Positions 48,301 to 57,449 of a DNA stretch of 64,000 bases are shown here, piece by piece. Every line of letters begins with the position of its first letter. The stretch's first letter is position 1. The position numbers and the translations under genes are program-made. The stretch is taken from positions 14,157-78,156 of IMG/VR virus record IMGVR_UViG_3300034418_006582; one strand, written 5' to 3'. Origin of the DNA: a virus. The notes under the pieces were generated by a model. It did no database searches. It worked only from the letters and a program-made list of their open reading frames with translations, and was not told where the DNA came from.

Positions 48301-49588
48301 CAATCTTTTTTATACAAATGCAAGAGTTCAATCATACTTATCAGGTGGTACAGGTGTAACACTTAGTGGATCTGGTGAGTTCAGTATTGGACAGGCTGTT
48401 GGTACTACTGACAATGTAACTTTTAATGATATGACTGTAAGTGGAAACTTAACTGTTTCTGGTACTACAACTACTGTCAACACAGAAACAATTAACCTAG
48501 CAGATAATACAATAACTCTTAATTCCAATGCTACTGGTTCAGCCAGTGAAGATGGTGGTATTGAAATTGAGAGAGGTGACGATACTAATAAGACACTTAT
48601 TTGGAACGAAACTACTGATAAGTGGACAGTCGGATCTGAAACTTTCGTTGCAGGAACTTTTGAGGGTGAGGCAACAAATATACAAGCAACTGCAATTACA
48701 GATCTAACAGAGGATACTTCCCCTGCTGAAGGTGATTATTTAGTTACTTATGATGTAAGTGCTAGTTCTTTAAAGAAAGTTCAAAAATCAAACATTGCAG
48801 CAGCAGTCAGCTTTAGCGTAAATGATGAATTACCACTTACACTTGCTGACAGTACCTCGGATCCTATACAATTTACAAATGTTGGAACATCAGCTACTGA
48901 TCTTGATCTTGTTTTAGCAGACGGTACTTCTGATCCTATCCAGATTGTAGGGACTTCAAACTCTGCAACAGTATTCAGAGATGGCGATACAGATACTTAC
49001 ATTAAAGTAGAAGATACTACTGATGATGACACAATTAAGATGGCTACTGCTGGAACTGAAAGACTTATTATTGAAAGCACAGGTGAAGTCAAAGCAAATG
49101 GTAAAGACTTAGCTGGTTATTCAAATGGTGTAGAATTTAGCGTTCAACAATTTAGATTAACTGCAAATCAAACTACTACTGGTGCTGGTACAGACATAAC
49201 CTCAGGTTGGGAAGTTCCAGATAGCACATTACAAGCAAACTTTGGTAATAATGTATCAGAATCTTCTGGTATATTTACATTTAGTAAAACAGGTTTTTAT
49301 AAAGTAGAAGCAGTAGTTAAAGGTCAAAATGGTACTGCTGGATCTGCACATCATATATTATACATTATAACTTCAGATGATAATTTCAGCACTCAAGCAC
49401 CTGTAGCAAGAGCTATAACTCAAGAAGGTGGTAATGGAGACACTGCATATACAGCAGCAGTACTAGATATAACAGATTTAACAAATCATAAGGTCAAATT
49501 TCAATATTTCAATAACAGTGGCGAAATAGAAGGAGACACCAACCAAAATAGAACTTTTGTAACATTTACAAGACTAGGAGATACATAA
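42353..49588 (+). CDS. Giant repetitive fibre protein (2411 aa)
   Basis: About 20 DTDDLxEGSTNLYYT repeats, 3 near-identical GIEIERGDD blocks, LYYYCTAHSGM domain. Confidence 0.85.
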   Translation: MAQKYPIRLNYDAENNPEGFAEFQSADYIGLSDGGTGGSYSSLADLRTGLGLEIGSDIQAYDADLSAIAALTHIDGGFIVSNGTTWVVESGSTARDSLSLGTGDDVTFATLTTTGSVTIQGNLDVQGEFLNTTAEIVVVDDAFVKLNNGNGEVDSGIIVETSDTDDARLFYDVSNNRWVLGENGSYDEILTQDSTDTLTNKSIDGSTNTLTNIPNSAFSNSSITVTDGTNSTDIALGGTITFSDGTGITVSESSGTITASVDFTEFDTDNVTEGSTNLYYTDARVSTYLTGGTGITESSGTISIDFTEFDTDNVVEGSSNLYYTNARADARIGLASIGDLADVTLTSTATGDILRYNGSAFINEPLNLGTDTEGDYVASLVAGTGITLTNNSGETSTPTVSVDMTAFDTDDLTEGSTNLYYTDTRVGSYLTTNSYATESYVDSAVATENEISEMNDVTLTSLASGEFLQYNGTAWVNVVPDTDDITEGTNLFYTNARVDTEIDSYVTGGTGVTVSSGQISIGQAVETTSNVQFADTQIDGDLTTGGQVVHGTNTISINQDADGTDNTLNVEIEFLRGNLQHKHFFWDETNDRFSINSDDLAVGTVIGNLTGNVTGDLTGDVTGTVSDISNHDTDDLSEGLTNLYYTDARARSSISYTDAGGDGSLSYDSSTGTITYTGPSATEVRAHFSAGTGVSISSGEISIGQSVGTSDDVTFNDLILSGNLTVSGTTTTINTETLTLADNVIILNSNATGSASENAGIEVERGDDTNKTLIWNEGTDKWSVGSETFVAGTFEGALTGNVTGTVSDISNHDTDDLTEGSTNLYYTDTRVGTYLTTNSYATQTYVDNAVASENELSEMNDVTLTSSTTGDFLQYNGSAWVNIAPDTDDIAEGTNLYYTTARFDTAFSGKTTDNLTEGSTNLYYTDERAQDALGTALTMGTQTLITVTYQDSTNDFDFVVDNDLANYDNTTSAFTTLADFSGGTNISFSSGTIAFDNSTDLDMGGRKVLFANIYSAEGDLPSASTYHGMFAHVHGTGRAYYAHAGNWVELIGENEIGSGLTYSSGSLSADFTPTSTDTLTNKTINFEDNTPIIEFAVTVSNASGSNKFYLDGELAASIQLIPGVTYRFDLSDGSTSGHPFALSTTQDGTHNSGSSYTTGVTTNGSQGSVGAYLQIVVDAATADTLYYYCTAHSGMANDAVISVQGTSLSASDTDDLAEGSSNLYYTDTRARSAISVTDAGGDGSLSYDNTTGVFTYTGPSASEVRSHFSAGTGVTLSSGEISIGQAVGTSSDVTFNDVTVSGDLTVSGTTTTVNTETIELADNIIVFNSNATGSATENAGIEIERGDDANKTLIWDETSDKWTVGSETFVASTFEGNLTGTVSDISNHDTDDLTEGSTNLYYTTARANTDFDTKLAAADTDDLSEGASNLYYTTARFDTAFSGKGAADLSYDNSDADTLTATNVKGALDELDLAKVDKSTLASTLTFFPTDTADGSISGYYRMVTSISDTDYDTTAVNVSTGNITANDQEVGAVIADADLFTGNPGYINVHVVGSIRNTSGGSAGFYFKVFHRDSSGTETLMGTSSSTSNVTNTTYQEFYADALLNNPQEFTSTDRVVFKWFATNLSGSATYDFRYGGTGPVRGNFPVQTSLIIHDQEAVDVQTDTSAFAGILSTSETTVQAALDVIDDIDTDNVPEGSTNLYYTTSRFDTAFTGKSTTDLSEGTNLYYTQARFDTAFGGKDTDDLSEGSTNLYFTNARADARITAANVNDLNDILFADPTSSDDAKVISYSDTSGGFVLSSLAGLSGSGEVNTASNSNVAGIGVFKQKTGEDLEFRGINAGSTKITVTNDTSNDEIDIDLGTVSIDHLSDVDTTTSAPTSGQALKWSGSQWEPGDASSQVSQLTDVTLTSLATDDLLVYNGTNWVNTTLDTDDVAEGSTNLYYTDARAQASITGGTGISNTSGTIAIDFTEFDTDSITEGSTNLFYTNARVQSYLSGGTGVTLSGSGEFSIGQAVGTTDNVTFNDMTVSGNLTVSGTTTTVNTETINLADNTITLNSNATGSASEDGGIEIERGDDTNKTLIWNETTDKWTVGSETFVAGTFEGEATNIQATAITDLTEDTSPAEGDYLVTYDVSASSLKKVQKSNIAAAVSFSVNDELPLTLADSTSDPIQFTNVGTSATDLDLVLADGTSDPIQIVGTSNSATVFRDGDTDTYIKVEDTTDDDTIKMATAGTERLIIESTGEVKANGKDLAGYSNGVEFSVQQFRLTANQTTTGAGTDITSGWEVPDSTLQANFGNNVSESSGIFTFSKTGFYKVEAVVKGQNGTAGSAHHILYIITSDDNFSTQAPVARAITQEGGNGDTAYTAAVLDITDLTNHKVKFQYFNNSGEIEGDTNQNRTFVTFTRLGDT

Positions 49589-49779
49589 TGGAAGTATTTA
49601 TATCATTTCTAGCAGGTTTATCAATAGGTTGGGCTAGCGTATGGTTTATTTTTTGTTTGAAAGAGCTAAAAGCCATAGATCATAAAAGTTTAGAATATAA
49701 TAATGGTGGTGGGAAAACGCTTAGAGAAATCGTAAACTCTAAGTTTGATCCAGAAAATTATTTAGGAAAAGGTAAATAA
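49588..49779 (+). CDS. Small membrane protein
   Basis: N-terminal TM helix. Confidence 0.6.
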   Translation: MEVFISFLAGLSIGWASVWFIFCLKELKAIDHKSLEYNNGGGKTLREIVNSKFDPENYLGKGK

Positions 49780-49781
49780 AT

Positions 49782-50237
49782 ATGGCTGATAGACAACAAC
49801 TTTTAAGAGTAAAAATGACAGGATCTGACTCTACAGGTCTAGCAGAATTTCAAGACGGACATGTAGATGGTGGTCCATTAATACCTGCTTATACAGAGGC
49901 AGAAAGAGATCTTATTACATCAGCAACTGAAGGTATGCTTATATACAATACTGATGATGATCGTTTAGAGCTAAGAACTTCAAGCTCATGGATACAATTA
50001 GATATTGGTGATGTTACAGGTGTTACCACAAGCACTACATCTGGTATTTCAGGTGGTGCAACTTCAGGTGCTGTAGACATTTCAATTGACGCAACAAGAC
50101 TTACTGATGGTACAAGCATTGATATAGATGAAGATAACGATTTAGTTATGATCTATGACAATTCAGCTAGTGCAATGGTAAAAGTTAATCCAGTACAACT
50201 CTTCACTAATGAGGCGTTGGTATGGATGGGATTATAG
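49782..50237 (+). CDS. Virion structural protein
   Basis: T.AERD....GMLIYNTD fibre-base motif; N-terminus resembles the 42353 protein. Confidence 0.7.
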   Translation: MADRQQLLRVKMTGSDSTGLAEFQDGHVDGGPLIPAYTEAERDLITSATEGMLIYNTDDDRLELRTSSSWIQLDIGDVTGVTTSTTSGISGGATSGAVDISIDATRLTDGTSIDIDEDNDLVMIYDNSASAMVKVNPVQLFTNEALVWMGL

Positions 50238-50245
50238 GAGAATAA

Positions 50246-50575
50246 ATGGCTATATATAACGCAGCAGAACTTGCAGAGGTAACTGCATTAGGAACATCTG
50301 AAACAGAAGTTTTCAGCAATTCTAATAAGTGCATTATCAAGCAAATTATGTTGGCTAACTATACAGCAACTGACAGAACAGTGGAGATCAAAGTTATTCC
50401 ATCAGGAGATACTACTGGTGATCAACATATCATTTTTGGTGATGTTACTGTTCAAGCAAATACAACTACAGTTATTGACTTAGCTATGGTTATACCTGCT
50501 AGTGCTTCAGTAGCTGCATTATGTTCAGCAGCAAGCTCTGTGAATATACATGTATCTGGTGTAGAGGTTAGCTAA
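50246..50575 (+). CDS. Small beta-rich virion protein
   Basis: IIKQI.LAN...SGVE. Confidence 0.65.
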   Translation: MAIYNAAELAEVTALGTSETEVFSNSNKCIIKQIMLANYTATDRTVEIKVIPSGDTTGDQHIIFGDVTVQANTTTVIDLAMVIPASASVAALCSAASSVNIHVSGVEVS

Positions 50576-51918
50576 TGCCTTACATAGAAATACCTGAACC
50601 AGTCTTTCTGGACAGGTTAGGTGGCGATGAAGTTTACGGTTACGGCCAAGACGGAGATGTAACTATAACAGCCGACACCACACTGTCTAGAGATATGTAT
50701 TACAACGATCTTACAATTAATTCATCTTGTACATTAGATACAAATGGTTATCGTGTATTTGTTCGTGGTACTTTAACTTTTACAGACTCAACTTCAAGAA
50801 TTGGTAGATTTACAAACAAAACAAATACAGGAACTCTTAAAGGTGGTTTTGCTAAAGGTACAGCAGCAACAGATACTTTAGGTGGTGCCTCAGGTGAACA
50901 ATCAGGATCTCACCCCTCAGGTAATGAGTTTTTTGCTGGTGAAAATGAAATGTTCAACTTATCAGTAGCTATACAAGGTAGAAAATTTGATGTAGATAGT
51001 GGTGGGTATAAATTTATTAGTGGTGGATCTGGCGCAGGCGATGGATCTATTACAGCAAACGCACAATCAGGTGCTGATGGTGGCGACTCTAACTGGGGTG
51101 ATTACCAAACAGTTGGTGCAGCAGGTGGTAAAGGTGGTTCAGGAAATGCTGCCTCAGCAGGCACAGGCGCAGTAGGTGGTGGAGTTGTAGTAGTGTGTGC
51201 AAAAACTATTTCAGGAGATGGAACAGTAAGAGCTGACGGCGATGACTCTACATCAGCTACACAAGGAACTGATGGATCTCCAGCACCAGACGCAAGTACA
51301 CCAGGTAATAATTATTCATATCCTGGTAATAACTACTCTTATTCAGGAAACAATTATTCTTATGGATATAGCTACGGATATAGCTATCCTGGTAGCAACT
51401 ACTCTTACTCAGGAAATAATTATTCTTATACAAGCAACTACTCTTATTCAGGATCTAATCCTCATACACATTATCACTGGCATCCAGTTGTTGTAAATAA
51501 CTACTCAACAGGTACTTATCACTATCATTACAATCACTGGCATCCATATACTAACTATGGTTCAAATACAAACTATGGTTCTAACCCAACTAACTACGGA
51601 TCTAATCCAACAAACTACGGTGCTAACTATGGTTCTAACTATGGTTCTAATCCAACTAACTACGGAACAAATCCAACTAACAATGACACAAATCCAACTG
51701 TCTACCATCCAGGTGGTGCAGGTGGATCTGGTGGGACAGCTACAGATGGCTACAATGCTGGAGGTGGAACTGTTATACTTGTTTCAGGAACTAAGCCATT
51801 ACCATCAGGTTTGACTTTAGCAGCAGCAGCAGGAACAGGTGGAACAGGTACAGCAAGTGCAGGAACAGTGGTAACAGTTTATAACATAGGTGCAGATAAT
51901 ACAGATCCAGGGGCTTAA
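50575..51918 (+). CDS. Gly-rich virion protein with symmetric Asn/Tyr repeat insert and His-rich centre
   Basis: GNNYSY repeats, HTHYHWH...HYHYNHWH, NYGSNPT repeats. Confidence 0.8.
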   Translation: MPYIEIPEPVFLDRLGGDEVYGYGQDGDVTITADTTLSRDMYYNDLTINSSCTLDTNGYRVFVRGTLTFTDSTSRIGRFTNKTNTGTLKGGFAKGTAATDTLGGASGEQSGSHPSGNEFFAGENEMFNLSVAIQGRKFDVDSGGYKFISGGSGAGDGSITANAQSGADGGDSNWGDYQTVGAAGGKGGSGNAASAGTGAVGGGVVVVCAKTISGDGTVRADGDDSTSATQGTDGSPAPDASTPGNNYSYPGNNYSYSGNNYSYGYSYGYSYPGSNYSYSGNNYSYTSNYSYSGSNPHTHYHWHPVVVNNYSTGTYHYHYNHWHPYTNYGSNTNYGSNPTNYGSNPTNYGANYGSNYGSNPTNYGTNPTNNDTNPTVYHPGGAGGSGGTATDGYNAGGGTVILVSGTKPLPSGLTLAAAAGTGGTGTASAGTVVTVYNIGADNTDPGA

Positions 51919-51919
51919 T

Positions 51920-52579
51920 ATGAGTGAACAATTTATAGGTAAAATACCGACAGACTACGAATCATTTGATGTTATACCAGACAGCATATATGGATCTGGT
52001 ATGGACGGAAATATTACCATATCATCAAATACATCTTTAACAAGAGATATGTACTACAACAATTTAACAATAGATCCTGGTATTACTTTAGATACAGCAG
52101 GTTATAGAGTTTTTGTAAGAAATGTATTAGCTATGGCTACTACATCAGCAAATCAAGCAGATACTATTATCGGTCGTATTGGTGGCGTATCTACATCAGG
52201 AACATTAAGAGGTGGCGCTATTGAAAGCGTTACAGATTCTCTTGGTGGTAATGGTAATGGTTACACAGCTACTGTACCAACAGAGGGTGCTGAATACTTT
52301 AATCATCCTGACATTGCTATATCAGGTGTCATTGTTCATGCAGGATCAACTACCCCTTCAGCTTTACAAGGTGGCGCAGGTGACAGCGTTAATCATGGTG
52401 GTGGTGTGGTAGTAGTTTGTGCTAGAAGGTTACAAGGATATGGAACTATAGAGGCTAGTGGTGAATCTACTACAGGTGGTGGAGTTATTTTTATTGTTTC
52501 TCAAGACTTACCACTAACAGGTATAGCTACAGATGTAACAGGATACGCAGACGGTACTGTAAAGACATTTAAGGTTTAA
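51920..52579 (+). CDS. Gly-rich paralog of 50575 lacking the insert
   Basis: Shares YG.G.DG..TI....L.RDMYYN.LTI...LDT.GYRVFVR and GGGVVVVCA. Confidence 0.8.
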   Translation: MSEQFIGKIPTDYESFDVIPDSIYGSGMDGNITISSNTSLTRDMYYNNLTIDPGITLDTAGYRVFVRNVLAMATTSANQADTIIGRIGGVSTSGTLRGGAIESVTDSLGGNGNGYTATVPTEGAEYFNHPDIAISGVIVHAGSTTPSALQGGAGDSVNHGGGVVVVCARRLQGYGTIEASGESTTGGGVIFIVSQDLPLTGIATDVTGYADGTVKTFKV

Positions 52580-52580
52580 C

Positions 52581-53504
52581 ATGGCTACTGTAAGAATCTA
52601 CTACAGTAGAGAAGATCAAGATTACGATAACTGGAACTTATTTTATTTTCCTGGTACTTTCAAAGATGACACACACGAGAACTTGTTACCTGATGACACT
52701 ATAGATTTTATATTTCCTTATGGACCAAGAAAAAAACTAGATTTTACCTCTGAAGGTAACTTTGGCTATGTTGATGTAGAACTAAACACAGCTAAACAAT
52801 TCTCTTTTTATATAAGACGAAAAGACTTTATATTTGATTACAACGATGAGTATTGTGAACCTCTTAAAATGGAAAACAGCCCATTATGTGAATACTGTTA
52901 TGAAGTTGGTTATGTGTGGGACATAAATACAAATGTTGCACCATATACAGAGTTTTATGTAAAAAATGATAGTCCTTATGTATTTACTGATAGTAATTGG
53001 AATATGTTGTGTCCTATGGATATAACTATGACAGGTGCAACAGTATTTGATAAAGACGAGGATCCATTAGCAGTTGATGACGGTGATGACGGAACTGATC
53101 AAGGATCATTTGAAAAATTTAAAATATTTTATAGTAAAGGCGAAGCATTGCTATTGGATATTCCAGCAGAGGCTGAATTTCCTATGGCAGGTGAGTTCGC
53201 TGAAAGAGATATTCGAGAGTATCTCGTGCTATACTTACTAGGTAAATCTTACACTATAGGAGAAGATATGGATATAAACATAAGTGCTGAGGCATTAGCT
53301 TCTGAAAAGGCTGACGCTTTACAAATGTGCGAAAAGGCAATTGCAAACTGTCTTTTTAAATTAGGTGAAGATATCGATGCTTTTGATGAAGTTGCATTTT
53401 TAGCTGATGTAGATGGTTACAAAGAGGGATTTTCTCTTTCTTTTGGACCAACAATCGACTATCTAGAAGAACAGCTCAATATTCAAGCAACACTCACAGC
53501 TTAA
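52581..53504 (+). CDS. Acidic hypothetical protein
   Basis: ORF in operon. Confidence 0.75.
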   Translation: MATVRIYYSREDQDYDNWNLFYFPGTFKDDTHENLLPDDTIDFIFPYGPRKKLDFTSEGNFGYVDVELNTAKQFSFYIRRKDFIFDYNDEYCEPLKMENSPLCEYCYEVGYVWDINTNVAPYTEFYVKNDSPYVFTDSNWNMLCPMDITMTGATVFDKDEDPLAVDDGDDGTDQGSFEKFKIFYSKGEALLLDIPAEAEFPMAGEFAERDIREYLVLYLLGKSYTIGEDMDINISAEALASEKADALQMCEKAIANCLFKLGEDIDAFDEVAFLADVDGYKEGFSLSFGPTIDYLEEQLNIQATLTA

Positions 53505-53523
53505 TAATATTAAGGGAGGTGCA

Positions 53524-53991
53524 GTGAGATATATATTCTACATACCTAAAGGTGAATCTGTTTCAGATTACAAAGATCAATGGGAACATAAAACCAATGA
53601 GGTTCATTGTGGTATGTCTAAAAGTTTAGAAGGATTAGTTACAGATCCTGATAAAGCACAATTTGTAGAAATACCTGAATATCAATTTGCAAGAGTTCAA
53701 AAAAATGTAGCTAGTAAAGATTACATTTCATACAATTATGTAGATGACTTCGTTGATCAAAATGATCTTCCACAATACATTATGGAAGTTTGGAAAAAGA
53801 ACTTAGATAATCCTAGTGATCCTGAAATAAAAATAGATCAACACTTTATGCAATATGAAAAAATATACCGTTGGTTTTACACAGATCACATCAAGCTAAA
53901 TGCAGGTTGGTATAATTTAGTTTTTAAAAAAGATGACGAGGAAGTAGAAGTTAAAGAAATTACGGCTTATGACGCTTATGAAGAAGAGTAA
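53524..53991 (+). CDS. Hypothetical protein
   Basis: GGAGG RBS, GTG start. Confidence 0.75.
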   Translation: MRYIFYIPKGESVSDYKDQWEHKTNEVHCGMSKSLEGLVTDPDKAQFVEIPEYQFARVQKNVASKDYISYNYVDDFVDQNDLPQYIMEVWKKNLDNPSDPEIKIDQHFMQYEKIYRWFYTDHIKLNAGWYNLVFKKDDEEVEVKEITAYDAYEEE

Positions 53992-54694
53992 TCTTTGGAT
54001 AGATGGCAATCCTAAAGAAGTTGTTAAAGGTGTTTATGCTTGGGAAAATTGTTTAACAGTTCCTGAGGGTATTATCGAATCAATGAATCAAGATGTAGAT
54101 AATTGGTCTAAAGCTGTTACTACTGATGATGTAAAGAAAAATGATAGCAAGAAAACTGTTTACAATGATAATGGACCTATACGATTTAATCCTGAATTAG
54201 AATTTACAAAACCTGAACATTATACATTTTTAAGGCAAGTACAAACTAATGCTTTAAATAAAATATCTCAGTATTTTGAATTATTTCCAGATCTAGAACG
54301 AGAAGTCAATTGGATGGAAAATTGGCAATACATTACATATAGACCACCAAAACACATGACATTTCATAGTGATAATCACTCAGTAAGAAATCCTAAAAAT
54401 AATAAGTTTTATATGGCACCTTATTTAAGAAGATGTACTGTACTTACATACCTTAATGATGATTTTGATGGTGGTGCTTTAGTATTTAAGTATTTTCCTG
54501 AAGCAATGCCATATAAACCACCAGCAGGATCAGTTGTTATAATGCCAAGTAATTATATGTATTCACATGCAACTACACCATTATTAAATGGTAGAAAGGC
54601 AGCATTTTTAGTTCCCTGTAGCAGTAATTATGATATGGATAGTTATAATAGTGGTATGCCATTGGCAGAAGTAAAAGCAAGGGAGTTAAGATGA
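53969..54694 (+). CDS. Fe(II)/2OG oxygenase (prolyl-4-hydroxylase-like)
   Basis: HSD, YLNDDFDGG, distal H, GRK. Confidence 0.88.
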   Translation: MTLMKKSNLWIDGNPKEVVKGVYAWENCLTVPEGIIESMNQDVDNWSKAVTTDDVKKNDSKKTVYNDNGPIRFNPELEFTKPEHYTFLRQVQTNALNKISQYFELFPDLEREVNWMENWQYITYRPPKHMTFHSDNHSVRNPKNNKFYMAPYLRRCTVLTYLNDDFDGGALVFKYFPEAMPYKPPAGSVVIMPSNYMYSHATTPLLNGRKAAFLVPCSSNYDMDSYNSGMPLAEVKARELR

Positions 54695-55368
54695 AAAGAG
54701 TTATGGGTTGCGTAGAAATATATGAGGACGCAATTACAGAAGATCAAGCCAAGCAAATAATTGCAGTTACTGAGGAAATAGATAAAGATACTGATATTGA
54801 AATAGGATATGAAGATGCCTCAGTAGGTAAAGGTCACAAAGGTGGCGATATTAGATCAAATAAATTATTTAACATTTCTCAATTAGCTTTTACTCCACAA
54901 GAAACAAGACTTTATCGTGAAGCTGTAAAATCTGGTAAGGATCAATACTTTTCCGACATCAGAAACATTAACGATCTAATTCATGGTATTTTAATGAAGT
55001 ATGTTAATGAATATACAGAAAAGTACGAATTTCCTATTCAACATGATGAGGGATATACCTTATTAAGATATCAAGGTGGGCAAGAGTATAAGCCACATAG
55101 TGATTATGCACCACATATACCTCGCTATTTATCAGCTTTAATTTTATTAAACCCAAGTGAATACGAAGGTGGTGGAACATACTTCGTACATTTTGACGAA
55201 AATGTGAAACCAGAAAAACCTGCTCTAGTATTATTTCCTAGCAATTACGCATACACTCACAGAGCTATGCCTGTTGTGAATGGTACAAAGTATGCAATCG
55301 TAACATGGCTAGGTCATAGACTTGATCTTGATGGTATGCCTCATAACTACAGACCAGAGGGTGTCTAA
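54691..55368 (+). CDS. Fe(II)/2OG oxygenase (prolyl-4-hydroxylase-like)
   Basis: PHSD, YEGG, FPSNY..HRAMPV..GTKYAIVTW. Confidence 0.9.
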   Translation: MKRVMGCVEIYEDAITEDQAKQIIAVTEEIDKDTDIEIGYEDASVGKGHKGGDIRSNKLFNISQLAFTPQETRLYREAVKSGKDQYFSDIRNINDLIHGILMKYVNEYTEKYEFPIQHDEGYTLLRYQGGQEYKPHSDYAPHIPRYLSALILLNPSEYEGGGTYFVHFDENVKPEKPALVLFPSNYAYTHRAMPVVNGTKYAIVTWLGHRLDLDGMPHNYRPEGV

Positions 55369-55925
55369 TGGACGCAGTTGTTATACCAGATTTATTTAAA
55401 GGTAATCAATTAGAGGAAATGAGATATTGGTTAGATAGTGAAACGCCTTATAACAACGATGACACATGGTTTAAGAAAAATACAGGACACATGGTCAAAA
55501 TGTGTCCAGAGTTAAATACACTACACACTTATACAATAGACAAAGCAAGAGAAGTGTTTGATGTTCATGACTTGCTACCTACATTTGCGACACTTAACTG
55601 GTATGAGTTTGATCAACAACATCCTGTTCATAAAGACACTGATCCAGTTGAATACACTATTATGTACAATTATTTTTCTGAGAATACTTGGAAAATAGAT
55701 ATTGGTGGACATATTATTGAATTAGGAAACGAAGAATCAGTAGCATATCACGGATCTAAACAAAATCATAGTAGATTAAATAACCCAGGTGGTATAACTC
55801 TTGCACTATACTTGAACTATGCAACCCCTAGTAGTTACCATTTTATATTAGGTGAATACAGTACAGGTAATGCACAATTTCCATCAGGTAGGCATTTTAG
55901 TGAAATTGAGAAAGATTGGTTATGA
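55368..55925 (+). CDS. Fe(II)/2OG oxygenase-like protein
   Basis: HKD...Y.G....HSR. Confidence 0.7.
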   Translation: MDAVVIPDLFKGNQLEEMRYWLDSETPYNNDDTWFKKNTGHMVKMCPELNTLHTYTIDKAREVFDVHDLLPTFATLNWYEFDQQHPVHKDTDPVEYTIMYNYFSENTWKIDIGGHIIELGNEESVAYHGSKQNHSRLNNPGGITLALYLNYATPSSYHFILGEYSTGNAQFPSGRHFSEIEKDWL

Positions 55926-56632
55926 ACAAGACATTACTAAACAACACAACAGTTGATATAGATGAAAATGATAAATCTGAATATAAATTATTAAATGAAA
56001 CTAGCACATTGGCACCAAGTTTAGAATTTTGGCTAGATCAAAACTTTGGCAGCATTAACAAAGCTCTCATAGTAGGTGCAGGTGTTGGTGTGGCCAGTAA
56101 AATACTAGAAGATGCAGATGTTGATCTAACAAATATAGAACCACAAAGTGATCGTTTTGCTAAATTAGAAACTAATTGTCCTAACTCTACAAATATTAAT
56201 AAAGCATGCGATAGCACATCTGGATCTGGAACTATGTACTATTTTGATGATAACAAATCAGGTGCAAAGTTAGATCTGTTATTTGGTGATAACAGTGAGG
56301 CAGTAGATGTAATAACTGTAGATAGTTTGTCTTTGACTGATCTTGATCTTATTGTCATAGATGTCAATGGTAAAGAAATGGATGTTCTAAGTGGCTGTAC
56401 AGATACTTTAACTAATAATCCTGACTGTAAAGTTATTATGTATTGGAATAATGATCTAAAAGCAAGTCCAAATACTGATTTTACTGCATTAAGAAATTGG
56501 GGTTTTACATCAATAAATATTATTCACTGGAATAGTTCTGATAATACTATTACATTGAAGTCACAATTTACAGGAGATAATCCTGAAGATGGTTTAAAAG
56601 TAGTTCAACAAGCACATTTATTATTGGAGTAA
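55922..56632 (+). CDS. FkbM-like SAM methyltransferase
   Basis: VGAGVG, IEP, IDVNGKEMDVL.G. Confidence 0.75.
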   Translation: MNKTLLNNTTVDIDENDKSEYKLLNETSTLAPSLEFWLDQNFGSINKALIVGAGVGVASKILEDADVDLTNIEPQSDRFAKLETNCPNSTNINKACDSTSGSGTMYYFDDNKSGAKLDLLFGDNSEAVDVITVDSLSLTDLDLIVIDVNGKEMDVLSGCTDTLTNNPDCKVIMYWNNDLKASPNTDFTALRNWGFTSINIIHWNSSDNTITLKSQFTGDNPEDGLKVVQQAHLLLE

Positions 56633-56633
56633 T

Positions 56634-57449
56634 ATGGCAAAACGATGGTGGGAAACAAAAAAATATTCAAGATTTCTAGAGGAAAAAGAACACAAAGTTG
56701 GTGATGATAAGATTTTATTTCTTACAGCAGATCCTGAATATGTAGATCTCGCACCACCTAAACCTGCAACTGAATTTATGCCAGCTTGGTATAAGCATTT
56801 GCAAAGAGAGTGGACAGAGATGAGGGCTGATGATGAAAGTTGGAATAGTGTACCATACAAAGATAACTCACTAAAAAAATGTCCAACGGTTAAAGATATT
56901 ATGTTTAGTGGCTACATTATACCTTTGTGGTTAGATCTAAAGATAAGTCACTCAAAAGATACAGGGTTTAATTGGTATAACAAACACGCATATAACGATA
57001 CGGTAACATATCATAATCCTGCTTCAATAGGAAATATGCCTATACCACCTGAAAGTTATCACACAGCTTTAAAATTTAGTAATCCGTGGGATATTATTAC
57101 ACCACCAGGTTGGTCAGTGTTGATTATGTCACCGTGGTATCACAGACATTGGGAAATAGAAATAATGCCTAGTATTGTCGAAACAGACTCATATCATCAA
57201 ATGAACATACCTTTTTTATATCATGGCACAGGAGAAAGAACTTTTAGACAAGGCATGCCTTTAATTCAGGTTATCCCCTATCGTAGAGATGGTTGGGATC
57301 TTGAAGTTGGTGTGACAAGAGAAATGGATGAGCTTGATAAAAAGTATTATGCAAAGAGTAGATCAGCAGAGAGAACAAGACAAAATGGTTTTTATCGTTG
57401 GCTTACCCAACAGAATAAGAAAAGATGGAAGGATCAAGGAATATTATGA
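56634..57449 (+). CDS. DUF6065-like protein (paralog 2)
   Basis: P.WYK, KKCP, NPW..TPPGWS, PSIVETD, GMPLIQVIP. Confidence 0.65.
   Translation: MAKRWWETKKYSRFLEEKEHKVGDDKILFLTADPEYVDLAPPKPATEFMPAWYKHLQREWTEMRADDESWNSVPYKDNSLKKCPTVKDIMFSGYIIPLWLDLKISHSKDTGFNWYNKHAYNDTVTYHNPASIGNMPIPPESYHTALKFSNPWDIITPPGWSVLIMSPWYHRHWEIEIMPSIVETDSYHQMNIPFLYHGTGERTFRQGMPLIQVIPYRRDGWDLEVGVTREMDELDKKYYAKSRSAERTRQNGFYRWLTQQNKKRWKDQGIL

Noticed and set aside
41488-51814. Short antisense and alternative-frame ORFs within the fibre genes
   Set aside because: Expected shadows of biased, repetitive coding sequence
42353-51918. Diversity-generating retroelement acting on the fibres
   Set aside because: No reverse transcriptase, and no template/variable pair with adenine-specific differences was noticed
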